Part shown: positions 36,844 to 48,605 of the stretch, one piece after another
Numbering within the stretch: the first letter of the stretch is position 1
How the letters are laid out: each line of letters opens with the position of its first letter
Assembly (NCBI RefSeq): GCF_009834535.1
Contig: NC_045696.1
Coordinates: 40,240,001 to 40,304,000, forward strand
Direction: 5' to 3'
DNA length: 64,000 nucleotides
DNA from: Camelus ferus
Taxonomy: Eukaryota
Notes under the pieces: model-generated
Told to the model about the DNA's origin: nothing
Seen by the model: the letters and a program-made list of their open reading frames with translations, nothing else
Database searches by the model: none
Made by a program: the position numbers and the translations under genes

Positions 36844-39800
36844 TGTAGCCAAGTATTAAGAATGAGGAAGAGTCAAGGTATCAAGAGTGTGAGACTGGAC
36901 AGGATAATGGCTCCATTTAAATGCACTCTGAACTACAGCAGGCCAGCCTGTGTACAATGGCTCTTGTTCTGAGACTCATAAGTGGCAAATTCAGTGGTCT
37001 AAATGAGAAATGATTAGGTGGTAGTAGGGAATGGTGTAGACAGCCAGGCCCATGGTGCCCTGAGATTAACCCTTTGCGTGTACAAAATAGAGGCTCCATA
37101 AATACAAGCTGAATGAATGGGTGGGTAAATGGGATGTTGGCCAAATCAACAGGTATTGACAAAAGTCTGTATACAAAAGGCTAAAAAGAGAGAGAAGAGT
37201 GAAAAAAAAAAAAAAAGCTGTCAACCAAGGAAGCAGCTGGGAGAGTACGAGGCTAGATATCGAAGAAAACATGGAAGAGGGTTGCATGGCATTTCTTTCC
37301 AACTGTGCTCTGAAATTTCATTGTTGTTCAGAATGTTGTTTACAAAGCTGAAGGGGTAAATATACTGGCAAATAGATGTAAGCTAGAGAAATGTAAGAAA
37401 CTATATTAATTACTGGGCAGATGTTTTTCAGGAAACTAAAAACTAGACATAATATTTGTGGAAAAGAATTGGGAGAACTTCTAATTAAGAGAGTCAGATC
37501 ATTTTTAAAGGAGATTTTATCTTTAAAGACATCTAAAGAGACAGAACCAAGTTTTAATTTGAAAACAATGTTTCTGAACATGTGTGTCCTAGATCTCTCC
37601 AGTGGAGGTATGCTGCATCTGGGTCCACTGACTTAGCAAGAAGTGGTGGAAACTGAAGACTATAATAAATCACAAGCCCTGTGGGCAACACCCGATTAAA
37701 TTTTTCTGGCTTTTGCACAATGGTGGCAATGGCTGTAATCCAGAACATGAACAAAAACTCATATGGAAGCAACAAACACATTAAATTAAGGGGAAAAAAC
37801 CTTATATTATTCCCCAGTCTAAAGAACTTTTTGTCTAAGACTTTGTGACTTATTTACATTACTTAGTAACTCCACCCAGTGAACAGACAGCACAGATGAC
37901 TACAAAAAGGCAGCATTTACATAGTCTAATGATTCCCATAAATGGATGACAGATGTGCATGCCAAGAAGTTTGGCAATTCCTTTTCGGAAATTGATTTAA
38001 TAAGATGGTGACAAGTGAAGTGTGTTCGTGGTCAGTCCCATGATAACCCAGACATTTTTATTCTCATCTTTGGAAAATCAAGCCACCCATTCTCCATTAC
38101 CAATGTGCTTTAAAGCAACATGTAAATAATGGGAAAACTGCCAAAAGTTGAATTTGCTAAAATCAGTCCCATGATACAAACAGAAACCAGAGTTACAACC
38201 ACTACTAATGCAATATTATAGTTTATGAGAATGACACAAGTTTTATACCTCTTGTTTCTTGAAGCTTACTCGAGGGACTTGACAAACATTGATAAACAAG
38301 GACCAGAGAGAATCAATTTGGCCTGCCACTTGAATTAGGAGTTCTTCCAGATATCTACGATGATTATCCTACTGATGTAAATTGTCTCTGGTTAAACTTT
38401 AAATTGATGCTGGTTTCCCCTGCCATGCAATACTTTCTGGTTTACTGTGCATCTGTACACAAAAGTGCTGCTTACCCAGGAGCACTACCTACATAGGAGA
38501 TGAAAGATTTGAAATTCCCTTTGGGTCTTCTTACTTTTTAATCAATATCTAAAGGGACTTGCATAACCGAGGATATTACAAACATCATTCAAGAAGAATT
38601 GATTCCATACTATGGAAGAGTTAACCAGTGTATGTCAACATACAAACACACGTTTATATCTGGAGTTTGCCACCAATCCATCTAGACTTCAATAAGAGTG
38701 GCTAGAGTCACACTCTCAACACACTCCTGGTTTTCTTGTATTTGTTTCTCACACTATGCCACTTTTAATACATCCAAAACCTGGCACTATGAGGTTTCAT
38801 CTTTTCATCTTTGATGCCCTCTCAGACTCTTAGCACAACATCCTTACTTCCATCCTCCCTTTACCCATCAAACTTCGTATACTTACCTGGTGCCTCTGTC
38901 ATTTTCATGCATTGATGGTTTTTTCATAGGTGGTTATTGAACCTAACTTTGTATTCCAGGGACCATGGTAGGCACTGAAAAATCTATTGGAGACAAAGAC
39001 ATGGATGTTTGACTCTCAGCTTTTCCTAAAAGATCAAGTTTTAGCCTGGTTCCTCCAGTTATGCCCCCTTGGTCTTGAAAGGTTCAGTGTTGCCCCAAGA
39101 GGATTCCTTGGCCCCAATACCCTGGTTGATCATTAGGCAAGAATCCCAGCCACACTGACCTTGATCGTCCAGCAGGGACATAGAGGAGACCTATGGAATG
39201 TCAGGGCCCCTGCCCTGGATTGGCCCTGCAGCATCCCACACTGCACTGTCTCTTTTTAGTGTCAAAGCAGATGCTATAAAGCATTTGTAGCCACTCAGCC
39301 TGCAACTGCTCAAAGGTCAATGACTCTATTGCTCTTACATAATTTTTTTACTTTGGTTATTTTTGAAATTTCTGCTCTTAATGGCTTTGAATATATCTGT
39401 GCCATTCTGGGACATCAGGAAATGAGTTTTTTTGGTACCATTCACTCCCTTTACACAATACAAATGCCTCTGCTTCAATGGAACAGGGTACATGGGGAAA
39501 ATGGATTAGGTTTAGAAAAGAATGCCTTTTTAGAGAAATGCTGTCTGGAAGACATTCTCATCAACATTACTCACAAGCCCTTTCCTCTCTGTCTCTCTCC
39601 AAATGTCCTTTCAAGGGAAGCAAAAAACTCTGGTTACTAAACTAAGTCTATAGACTCAGATAATTGCTGTTTAACTTTTGCTTGCCCACAACATGTTGTT
39701 TATACCCACCCAGAGAAAGTAGTTTCATGTCAGGATCAAATGAAGAAAATCCTAAACAGTAATGGAAATTTAGTGCAAACTACACACATCAAGAATATAT

Positions 39801-41679
39801 GAATTTTCCAAATACATACTGGGGACAGAGGGAAGTTTCTAAAACACCCCAATGAGTTGTCTGTGTTCAGAATTTCTAACGAATCTGTACAAAATTCTCT
39901 GCTACAAATGAAATGCTTTGATCAAATTTCAACATTTCCTCCAATTTTCTCCCAACTGCGTTATGGTCTAATATTGAGTCAGTCTATTTTACACAGGCAG
40001 ATGCATTTGGCACACTGATACTGAATCAAACCATCTGAAGTGTATTGCCCTCCACGTGGGACAGTATCTGAAATCACGTGGATATCACTTCCCTCGGTAG
40101 AAAAGTTTCCTCAGAGCAGAGTGCCAAAAGGGAGTCAAAAGTTCACAAAATTTAAAACAAAAACAAAGAAAAACAAACAGCAAAACAGAGAAAAATTCTA
40201 TCTTCATAGTTCCAAGGATTCTCCAGCCAGGGACCTGTATTCTCTTTACCCCTACGCACCTCAGGAATTCTCTGACACACTAGGGCAGCAATTATGGGGA
40301 TAGTGTATCTCCTTTCTCATCTACAAGGTTGATGAAGTCATCCTTGACCTACCCTCATCACAGCTAATGAAAATGAAATGAGATCATACATGTGGAAATG
40401 CCCTGAAAAGCGTCAAGTACTCTCTGTACTTGAGAGGGAGAGGTGATGTTGGTATTTGTGTTGGTCCTAGAGGTGCAGGTGTGGCAATATGAATTATCTT
40501 CTGAAATATCCAGTAGAAAACCTTCTTGGTCTAGTTGTAGAGAAAGTGGGGAATGGGGAAGTCTATCTGATCGTGAACTGTGTTCTTCCCATGCCACACA
40601 GCCAGATGCGAACCCAGTATCCACCTGGGACTCTCATAATTAATCAAGCACAGAAAGTCCAATAAAAATGAAGGTTCCAGAAAGAATGCAAAGACATACA
40701 ACAAGATAAAGTTTAACTGAAAACTAGGAGAATGAAGAAACCAAAACATGGAAGAAATGAGAATAGGAAAAATAAGATAAAACCAAGATAGAGTGACACA
40801 GATTCCTTCTCCAAAATTCAATGGGACCAAAACTATAAGTAACAAATTATAAGAGTACCATGGGATCTAGCCATTTTTTGAAAAGCAATTTAAGTCTCAC
40901 TTCTTAACAGGTCATTTATCTTCCCATTCCCTTATGTAGTGATCTAAAGCCCATTTAACCACATGTCAATGGCTGTGGTGTTTTTAACGTTATCTTGCAA
41001 ATAGACTTGCCTATTTCCTCATGTATGGAGTGAAACTCCAAGATTGTGACTTCCCTTCTAGGAAAACAAGTGGACTGGACTGCCAGAGATGAAGAGATCT
41101 GGTATTGGCCCACTGAGTGTGCTCACAAAACCACGTGGTGGTTCTAAACAGAAATTACCAGGGCCAACCATTATATATCCATATTTAGGAAATAAATTCG
41201 TGAATAATATAAACACCAAGGTAGAACTTTAAATTGTCCCACTTGCTGTTATGGACACTCTCTAAGGTGATCTTGGAAGATGTCTGCCTTTAAAGGAAAT
41301 AGATGGAACCAGACATCTTGAGATGGTATCCAAGCATCACAGAGCATCCAAAAACAAGTGGCTCCAATTCTTAAGTGCATTCAGCATTAGGTGCAGCCTA
41401 TTATTCATTCATCTAGCCAGTAAAAACTGTCAGTGTGTAATGGTGTATACCAGGAGAATGCATTTGGGCTTTTTTTTTTATCTCAAATCAATATTGAAAT
41501 GCATCTGCTCAAATAACCCTGCATCTCGACTGACTAACCAGGCAGGAAGACTCGATGTGCAGGCTACCACGCAGATTGACCCTCCTGATCCACACCAGAA
41601 AACACAAAGCATATCATTGTGGTTTTCCCATAACAAGCACAGAGAAGGACCAAGTTTTCCTTTTTTGTGTATTTCTTGA

Positions 41680-41940
41680 TGCCATCCTCTGACTTACACC
41701 TGGCATCTTGACTAACCACCTCAAAGCTTCTCATTATGAGCAAGGGCCTTCTCTGAGCTCCCATAGTGCCCAGTACTTACCTCACCGATAGAATTTACCA
41801 TGCTGAGTGGAAATTAGTTGTGTCTCCCTCACCAGACTGTTTAAATTCCTCAAAAGTGGGAACCAAGTCATATTGGTCTTTTGAACCCCAGTTTCTATGA
41901 CCCTGCCAGAAACATACTAGCAGCTGTGAATGTTTTTTGA
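41680..41940 (+). mobile_element. L2 3' fragment
   Basis: 'tgtctccctcaccagactgtttaaattcctcaaaagtgggaaccaagtcatattggtcttttgaaccccag'. Confidence 0.6.
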
Positions 41941-42434
41941 TCCAAATGGAGAAAAAGGGGCTAAGAAGAGAGAAAGGTAGGAGAGAACATAATGATTTAT
42001 TTGCAAAAAAGTTCTACAACCCACAAATACACACACACACACACACTATGCTAGGCCTGGTGTCAGGGGAAAAAAGTCTTCAAGGAGGGAGCAGTGAATT
42101 TGAGGAGAAAATAAGTGAGCATATGTATAAAACAGTAAACAGAGGAAAATGTCAGAAGTCCCAGTTTTCCTGGGAGGTTCAGAAAAACATCAGATAACAT
42201 TTCCTGAAGAAGGCAGTTTTGAAGTAATGAAGAATTTGAGCATGTGTCCATAGATGGATTGGGAAACAGACCCTCCAACCACCATCACATAGAAGATGAA
42301 GAATCAAGGGTGCAGATGTTGTGAAAAGCAAATTGTTTCTCCTGACTGGAGCACAGGGTATGTAAATGAAATTGGAAATGAAGCCTGGGCTTGAATCTTG
42401 GAGGGGGATCTTCAATGCAAGAAGACAAATCGGA

Positions 42435-42574
42435 TTTTTTTAATTGAGGTATAGCTGATGTACAATATTAAATAAGTTTCAGGTTTACAACATAGTGATT
42501 CACAATTTTTAAAGGTTATACTTCATGTATCGTTATTATAACATATTGGCTATATTCCCTGTGCTGTACAATAT
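42435..42574 (-). mobile_element. Short L1 3' end (L1MA9/artiodactyl-type)
   Basis: 'taattgaggtatagctgatgtacaatattaaataagtttcaggtttacaacatagtgattc...tattccctgtgctgtacaatat'. Confidence 0.85.
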
Positions 42575-44769
42575 TTGGGTTTTTTAATAAATAGTGTAGT
42601 GTTGTTGAAGGTGTCTGAGTGAAGGCATGACGTAACCATCACTGGTTTTAGGGTAACTGCTGTGGGGGCAAGAGGCAAAGTGATTTGGGGATAGGACATG
42701 TCAGTCTAAGGCCAGGGCACCTGTTAGATCTCTCATCTCAGATAAACATTTTTGCCTCTCACACTTAAGTTTTTCAAGAAAATCTTAGCTTATATAAGAT
42801 AAGACTCTGAGCAGGAAATAAGGGATTTATTAAAATGAGTAAGAGGTAAATATTAATAAAAGCATAAGAGAGTAAGCCACAATTAGAAAGAATGGAGGGT
42901 AGAAGATAAAGCAGTATTAAGAATTATTCAGCAAGGGATGTCTAGGATCAGACACTCCCATATCTTAGACAGGATCTAAGATGCTATATGGTAGGGGTTA
43001 ACTGTATTTCTCTAGCACCCTGGAAAGCTTTTACTTTTCCACTCTTGAGTAAGAAAAAAATCCCTGGACTATACTTCTGCCTCCCCATTGCACTACCCCC
43101 ATGAGAGAATTCCTCAAATGAAATTAAGAAACAGAAATAGAATGGAATGACGTTAGGTGCCATTGGTTATGGGGAGAGAATGAGCCGGGAAAAGGTTCAG
43201 AGACCCTAGTAAACATGCAATTACTTGGGAAACTAAAAAAGACCACAGTGATTTGTCTGTATTGAAGAGGGCAACCAAATTTTTCCTAATTAAAGATACA
43301 AAGAGGTGAGGAACTAGGAGAGGGAAGAATTCACAGTGGGTGAAGAGAGCTTCTTAGGAAATCAAATCAATTTATTTGGACATCAGGTAAAACTGGCATA
43401 ATGGATAGAATTTTCAGAAACTGGGGATCTATGTGGTGTGGTTACATTTCCATCAATCAAAAGGAGAATCACTACTTAACTCAGAGGAAGAAAGTTAAAA
43501 AAAACTTCAAGATTTACAGGCTAATGGCTAAATCCAGGAGATTTCTGCCAAGTCCTGATACTTAGACAATGGTTACAGTTAAGAGCTAGTTAAGTGACAA
43601 TGGTATATCCCACCTTTGGGGATTCTGTACCTAGAATACAGACAAGCTTCAGTGTTGGGGTGTGATCCCCTTGTAGCAAACACTGGACTAATGCATTATG
43701 AGCTCTTACTCCCAAGTCTAAAATTGAGCACATGTATATCATTGAATGGCAGGTTGACTTCATGGGGATGTTGAGCAAGAAGAGCATCGACCAACTGGCA
43801 GAAAGCAGGCAGCTGAAAGGTGGAAAGAACTTCAGAGAATGTTTGGTTAAGCTTCTTTATTTTACATACAGACACTGAATCCAAAAAGGATAAAACATCT
43901 GCCCTAAGTTTTCATGGGTAGTTAGTGGCCCAGCTGGGACTAAACCCCTGATTTCCTGACTCTCTGTCCAGTGCTCTTTATAAAGCCTGCGGAAGCTGAG
44001 GCAGTCGTCTGTGGGATCACCCATGTCAGTCAGCTTTCTACCATCTGGGCCAACAGGAAAGCAGTGACTCACAGAATCCAACGTTCCTTTGGAATGCAGG
44101 AGAGGTGTGCCTTTCTTCTGTGCTGTGAGCCTTTTCAATTTTTGTAAATAAAACCCTACTTTAAATGTCCTAGGAGAGCTGGCAATTGTAAGTGCCTTGC
44201 AGTCCAAGATCATATTTGGTGATACTTAGCACAAGCGTAGGCTGACTAACTGATGGGTCATTTGATAGATGGAGAGCAAATTTCTGTACATCAAACTGCA
44301 AATCATCAGTGATTTTTTGCTTAGACCCAGACCCATTCATTTGCATTTTAAAGCACTTAGGAGTAGCAGGAAAAGTTGAAGGCTGAAGTTTGCCATGGGT
44401 GAAAATTCAAGGATCTCCTATATCAGACCTATTGTCTTGAGATAGATATATTTTTGATAAACTTAAAGCTACAACAGGTGAAGGAAAGACTGGCTCCTCT
44501 GACACACAGAGCAGACACCCACCTTCACATTCATTCTGGCCACACCCTGGAAGAATCCTGCCTTCCCATCTCCTTACAACCACTCAGGACATGTAGGGAT
44601 ACTCTGGGCTAGGACCACCATTGTTTCTGCCACCTCACACAGACCTACAAGTCTGCAGGACACAGACACTCAGATTTCTCTGTTTCTAAGGATACTAATG
44701 GCTCTGGACATACAGGCAAATATTTATGTGCAGAGCTACTATAAAGACCCTATTCAAAGAAAAGTGAAT

Positions 44770-45255
44770 TCTTAATGATCCACCATTTCCATCGACTGCT
44801 CAGCCATTTGACTGCTCAGAAGTCTTCAATGACTCTTCAGTGCCTACAGTATACAGTTCAAACTACCAAGGTGACATTTAAGGCCTTCCACACACTGCCT
44901 CCCCATCTCCTTTCCAGCTTCTTGGTCTCATTGTTCTGCTGCACAGACCCTTCACTTCAGTCATGCTGACTAATTCACCATCCTCCCAATAACTCTGTGC
45001 CTTCCCTTCTGTGCCTTCCCCAGTTGCATACATTCCCTCCCTTGCTCTATTATTCATCACTCATCTATCCCAATGCGACTTTCCATGGCTCAGCTCCAAT
45101 GCCACCTCCTCCCTGAAATCTCTTTGCTACCCAACTAATAGGATTTCATGCTTTTTTTCCCTCCATGAGAACAGATCTACATTCTTGTTTTCCTCTGCTT
45201 TGAATACCCACACTGTCTGTATCCATTCTTAATAAATATTTGTTAACTGATTAAT
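44770..45255 (+). mobile_element. L2 fragment
   Basis: 'ttcaatgactcttcagtgcctacagtatacagttcaaactacc...ggctcagctccaatgccacctcctccctgaa...taataaatatttgttaactgatt'. Confidence 0.7.
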
Positions 45256-46751
45256 TCTAAATAAGCACAAAAAAAAGTTTCCATTTCAAAGCTCTTTAAA
45301 ATAAGGTAATCATCTGTAGCTGTTATTATATTCATACAATGGAAACTTCAGAGCATCTAGTATGTTGTCATTGGATTCCTTTCTTTCCACAGAAGGCCAA
45401 ACTAGGTCATTTCAAACCTCAGTCACCTTCAAGAGATTCTAGAAGGCACTCTAAGAGTCAGCAAAGAGATCACTTTCCTGGATTCCTGACTTGCTGTCCA
45501 GATATGCTACTGAATCAGATTTGGGCAAGTGTGAACTGGAGAAATAGAACTAATCATTAGCACCATCCAAAGGAAATGAAAGGAGATCTTTTGTTACAGT
45601 GGCTGGATATTCAGGTTTGAAAGGAGGGAGCGATAGAAAGAAAGGGAGAAGAAAAGATAGCTGTCAATTGCTTTCCCTTTGAAAGTGCTTTTCTTGCCTT
45701 TTCTGTTTCTATTTTTCCAACGATGTGATGGAACTGGAATGTCTGGAGGCATTAAATTAGGACTGAAAAGATGATTTGCTATAATCTGATGAGGCTACCT
45801 ACTAACATATTTATCATCCAGATGCTCCTCTAACTAGGTCCTGCTTAGTCTGCCCAGAAAACATTTCTTTGCTAAATTAAAAAGTGCCAGAAGTGGTACC
45901 TTGCCTGTAAAATCACATTAATCTCAGGGTTCAACCCCAGACTAGTGAATGCAGTCTTATTTTTCATGTCCAGTAACAAGGGTTATTCATTTCATAGACT
46001 TCGTTTAATGGATTTAGCCACATCCTCGAAATTCAAACATACTATTTGGAAGGAGGAAAACTGAGTTATGGAGAGTGAGAAGAGAGTAAAATCAATGCAA
46101 ATGGGCAGGAAAGTTAATGTGAAAGTTCTAGGTTTCTAAACATTCATTTATTCTTTTATTCATTCATTAAACCAATAAATACTGGCCACTCTCTATGCAT
46201 CAGTATTCAATAGTGTCATGTATTCAATTGGACTATATGTATCTATTGAGCACTTGTTTTCTGCTAGCTAGTTAACCACTAGATGTAACTTCTTCACCGC
46301 CAAAAGGTTACTGAATATAATTTGAAATGGGGACCTAGAGATAAAAAATTATAAATATTAAGACAAATAATCAATGTCATGAAACATCAGAAGTAACATT
46401 TGGATAACGGTTCTAATGTCAAATTTGTTTATATATGATAAAGAGCTTAAATTTTTCATCTCATATATCGTTAATCTTCCTTCATACCCTGAGCACATAA
46501 GGTTCTACTTTATTGACTCCCAGGTGTATCCAATTGAAAATAAGCTTAGTTATCAAAAAAAAAAAAAAAGCAATTTGAGGCTTTGAGCTCTAGAGGCAGA
46601 CATATGGGAAGATGAATATTTAAAAATGATGTCCAGTGTAACCTTAACGCATATGGTAGCTAGTATTACTATTATCCAAATTCCACTGTTGGGTATGTCC
46701 TTAGTGAATTTCTTTAAAATCCTTTTGCACAGTTGTGGATCTTTTAAAAAC

Positions 46752-46973
46752 CAATGGTTCTTAAAAGGAGGAGGGGATTTTTGCCCCACAGCCCTGACAT
46801 TTCGCTAAGTGTACAGACACTTTTAATTTTCACAACTTGGGGAGGAGGGTGCTATTAGAATCTGGTGGGTAGAGGCCAGAGATACTGCTCAACATCCTAC
46901 AATTCCCAGATGTCCCCACAAGAAAGAATTATCCGGCCCAAGATTTGAGTAGTACCTAGTTTGACAAACCCTG
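46752..46973 (+). mobile_element. MER20 (hAT-Charlie MITE)
   Basis: 'caatggttcttaaaaggaggaggggattttgcccc...gggtagaggccagagatactgctcaacatcctaca...aagaattatccggccca...gacaaaccctg'. Confidence 0.9.
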
Positions 46974-47679
46974 CTCTTGGCCATCATTCTTCCTTCTTTT
47001 AGAGTCTGGTACCCTCACCTCCAAAGACATCAGGATCTAACCCGAGCCCAGGCTAGGTGTTCTATAAGGTGGCCTGACTCACAGAGTGCACACGCTTTGC
47101 AAGCTCACCAGCTGTGGTTCCACTTCTTGTCAGCTTGAGCTAGTTGCTTAACCCTTTTGAAATTCCTTTTTTAAAAAGTCTACAGGATATATATCATACT
47201 TACTTCATAAGGTTGTAGTGAACACTAAATCAAGTTTTATATAGGTACATACATGGCTGTAGATATATAGAGAGAGTTATATATCAGTAAATTCAGTAAA
47301 TTAGTTCTCCTTCTCTTCCCAGGCCCACCTAGCCATCTCCCTGCCCCTCCCTTCCTCCTGTCAGTACCCCTCATCCCCAAGGCTCAGGTTCTCTCTTTGA
47401 AAATGCTTTAATTCCTTTGGTGGCAAAAATCAAGCTGGGACTAGGAAGTGAGTCACCACTCAGCAGCTAAAGGAGTTTGTTTTTCTTTCTCTGAATGTAT
47501 TTCTTAAGAATTTCAGCCTTATCCTTCAGCCTCTTGTTGGTTGAATCCTCTCTTAATGTTTAAGACACACACACAGAGAGCTATGGCACCAAGACGTTTT
47601 CCAATTGCTAGGAATGAGAGTTTTTAAAATACCGAAAATAACCAGAGGGCAGAGAGCCCTGAAATCCTGTTACATAAGC

Positions 47680-48605
47680 AGATGTCGGAGGACCGAGGCC
47701 GGTTTTGAGGTTCCTTTCTCCACAAGCCAATCTCCGCTGATCCTCTCCAACCTTTGCTGGATTTACCTTAACGCCGTAAGGGCCTCTGGGTGCTGCTCAC
47801 TGCCGGCAGCACCGGGAGAACTTTCTGGTCCAAAAGCACAGCCAGGAGTGATCAGTGAAAGGGCTAGGTTTTGCCCGCGGGTGGTGGGAGACCAGGACTT
47901 TGGGGGCGCAGGGAGACCGCGGGGATCGCGGCCATGGAGGTCTGCTACCCGCTCTGCCCGCTGCGTGTCCACCCCGCACTTGGGATGTGCTACTCCGATG
48001 GCCAGCTTCCCCTGTTTTGGCTCGACTCTGAACCCTTCAAGGTTCCTGAACTGTTATTCAGCTTTTCAAATTCACAGAAAACACCTTTTATTATCATAGC
48101 CCCTCAGATCTCACCCGCCCTTCCACACACCATCAAAAATGTCATACAAAAAGGGAAAATAATCCGATCCCCTTTTCCTTCCTTGTCTTGCGTGTTGGGC
48201 GTCTCTGTCTCTTATTGATTCTCTCTCCAACCTTTTCCCTGTCGGTGGTCTACACCGCTTTCTCTGTATCTCTATTTCTCTCCGTTCTCTCTCTCTTTTT
48301 CCTTTCCCTCTCTCCCTCCCTCTCCCGTTTCAATTGCGTCCTCCGCTCCTAACCCCCCTCGCTCCCCGCCCCTCCTCCCTCTTTCGGGCTCCTCGCTCTG
48401 CCCTCTCCGCCCCTCCCTAGAGAAGTGTCCAGCTCCTCCCGGGGCTGCCGTCCGCCCTCCTTCTCTGCCCACCTACTATGAGGAGCAGCTCCTCCCACCT
48501 GCCCATAAAAGCCAAGTGCATGTTACCAGAAGCGGATCAGAGCGCTCTCCTGGTCCTCTCCTGTGGGAGCCCCCGAGCTTCTCTCCTGGATCTTACGTGC
48601 TCAAG
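47680..48605 (+). promoter_or_regulatory. COL8A1: CpG-island promoter of COL8A1 with GC boxes and TATA-like CATAAAA
   Basis: High GC/CpG; CCGCCC boxes at ~48365, 48407 and 48452; CATAAAA at 48504-48510, about 30 bp before an initiator-like 'atcag' at 48536. Confidence 0.85.
48536..48605 (+). other. COL8A1: Non-coding first exon (5'UTR) of collagen type VIII alpha 1
   Basis: 'atcagagcgctctcctggtcctctcctgtgggagcccccgagcttctctcctggatcttacgtgctcaag' closely matches my recollection of the human COL8A1 mRNA 5' end (…TCCTCTCCGTGGGAGCC…GATCTTACGTGCTCAAG); canonical donor AAG|GTAAGA at 48605/48606. Not database-verified. Confidence 0.85.

Noticed and set aside
47605..48472. Overlapping ORFs in the CpG island
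   Set aside because: GC-rich sequence is stop-poor; there is no recognisable domain and most starts are non-ATG.
48478..48605. ATG at 48478 open to the splice donor as a coding first exon
   Set aside because: The ATG lies upstream of the TATA-like box and inferred TSS; COL8A1 exon 1 is non-coding as I recall it; the peptide is not signal-peptide-like.
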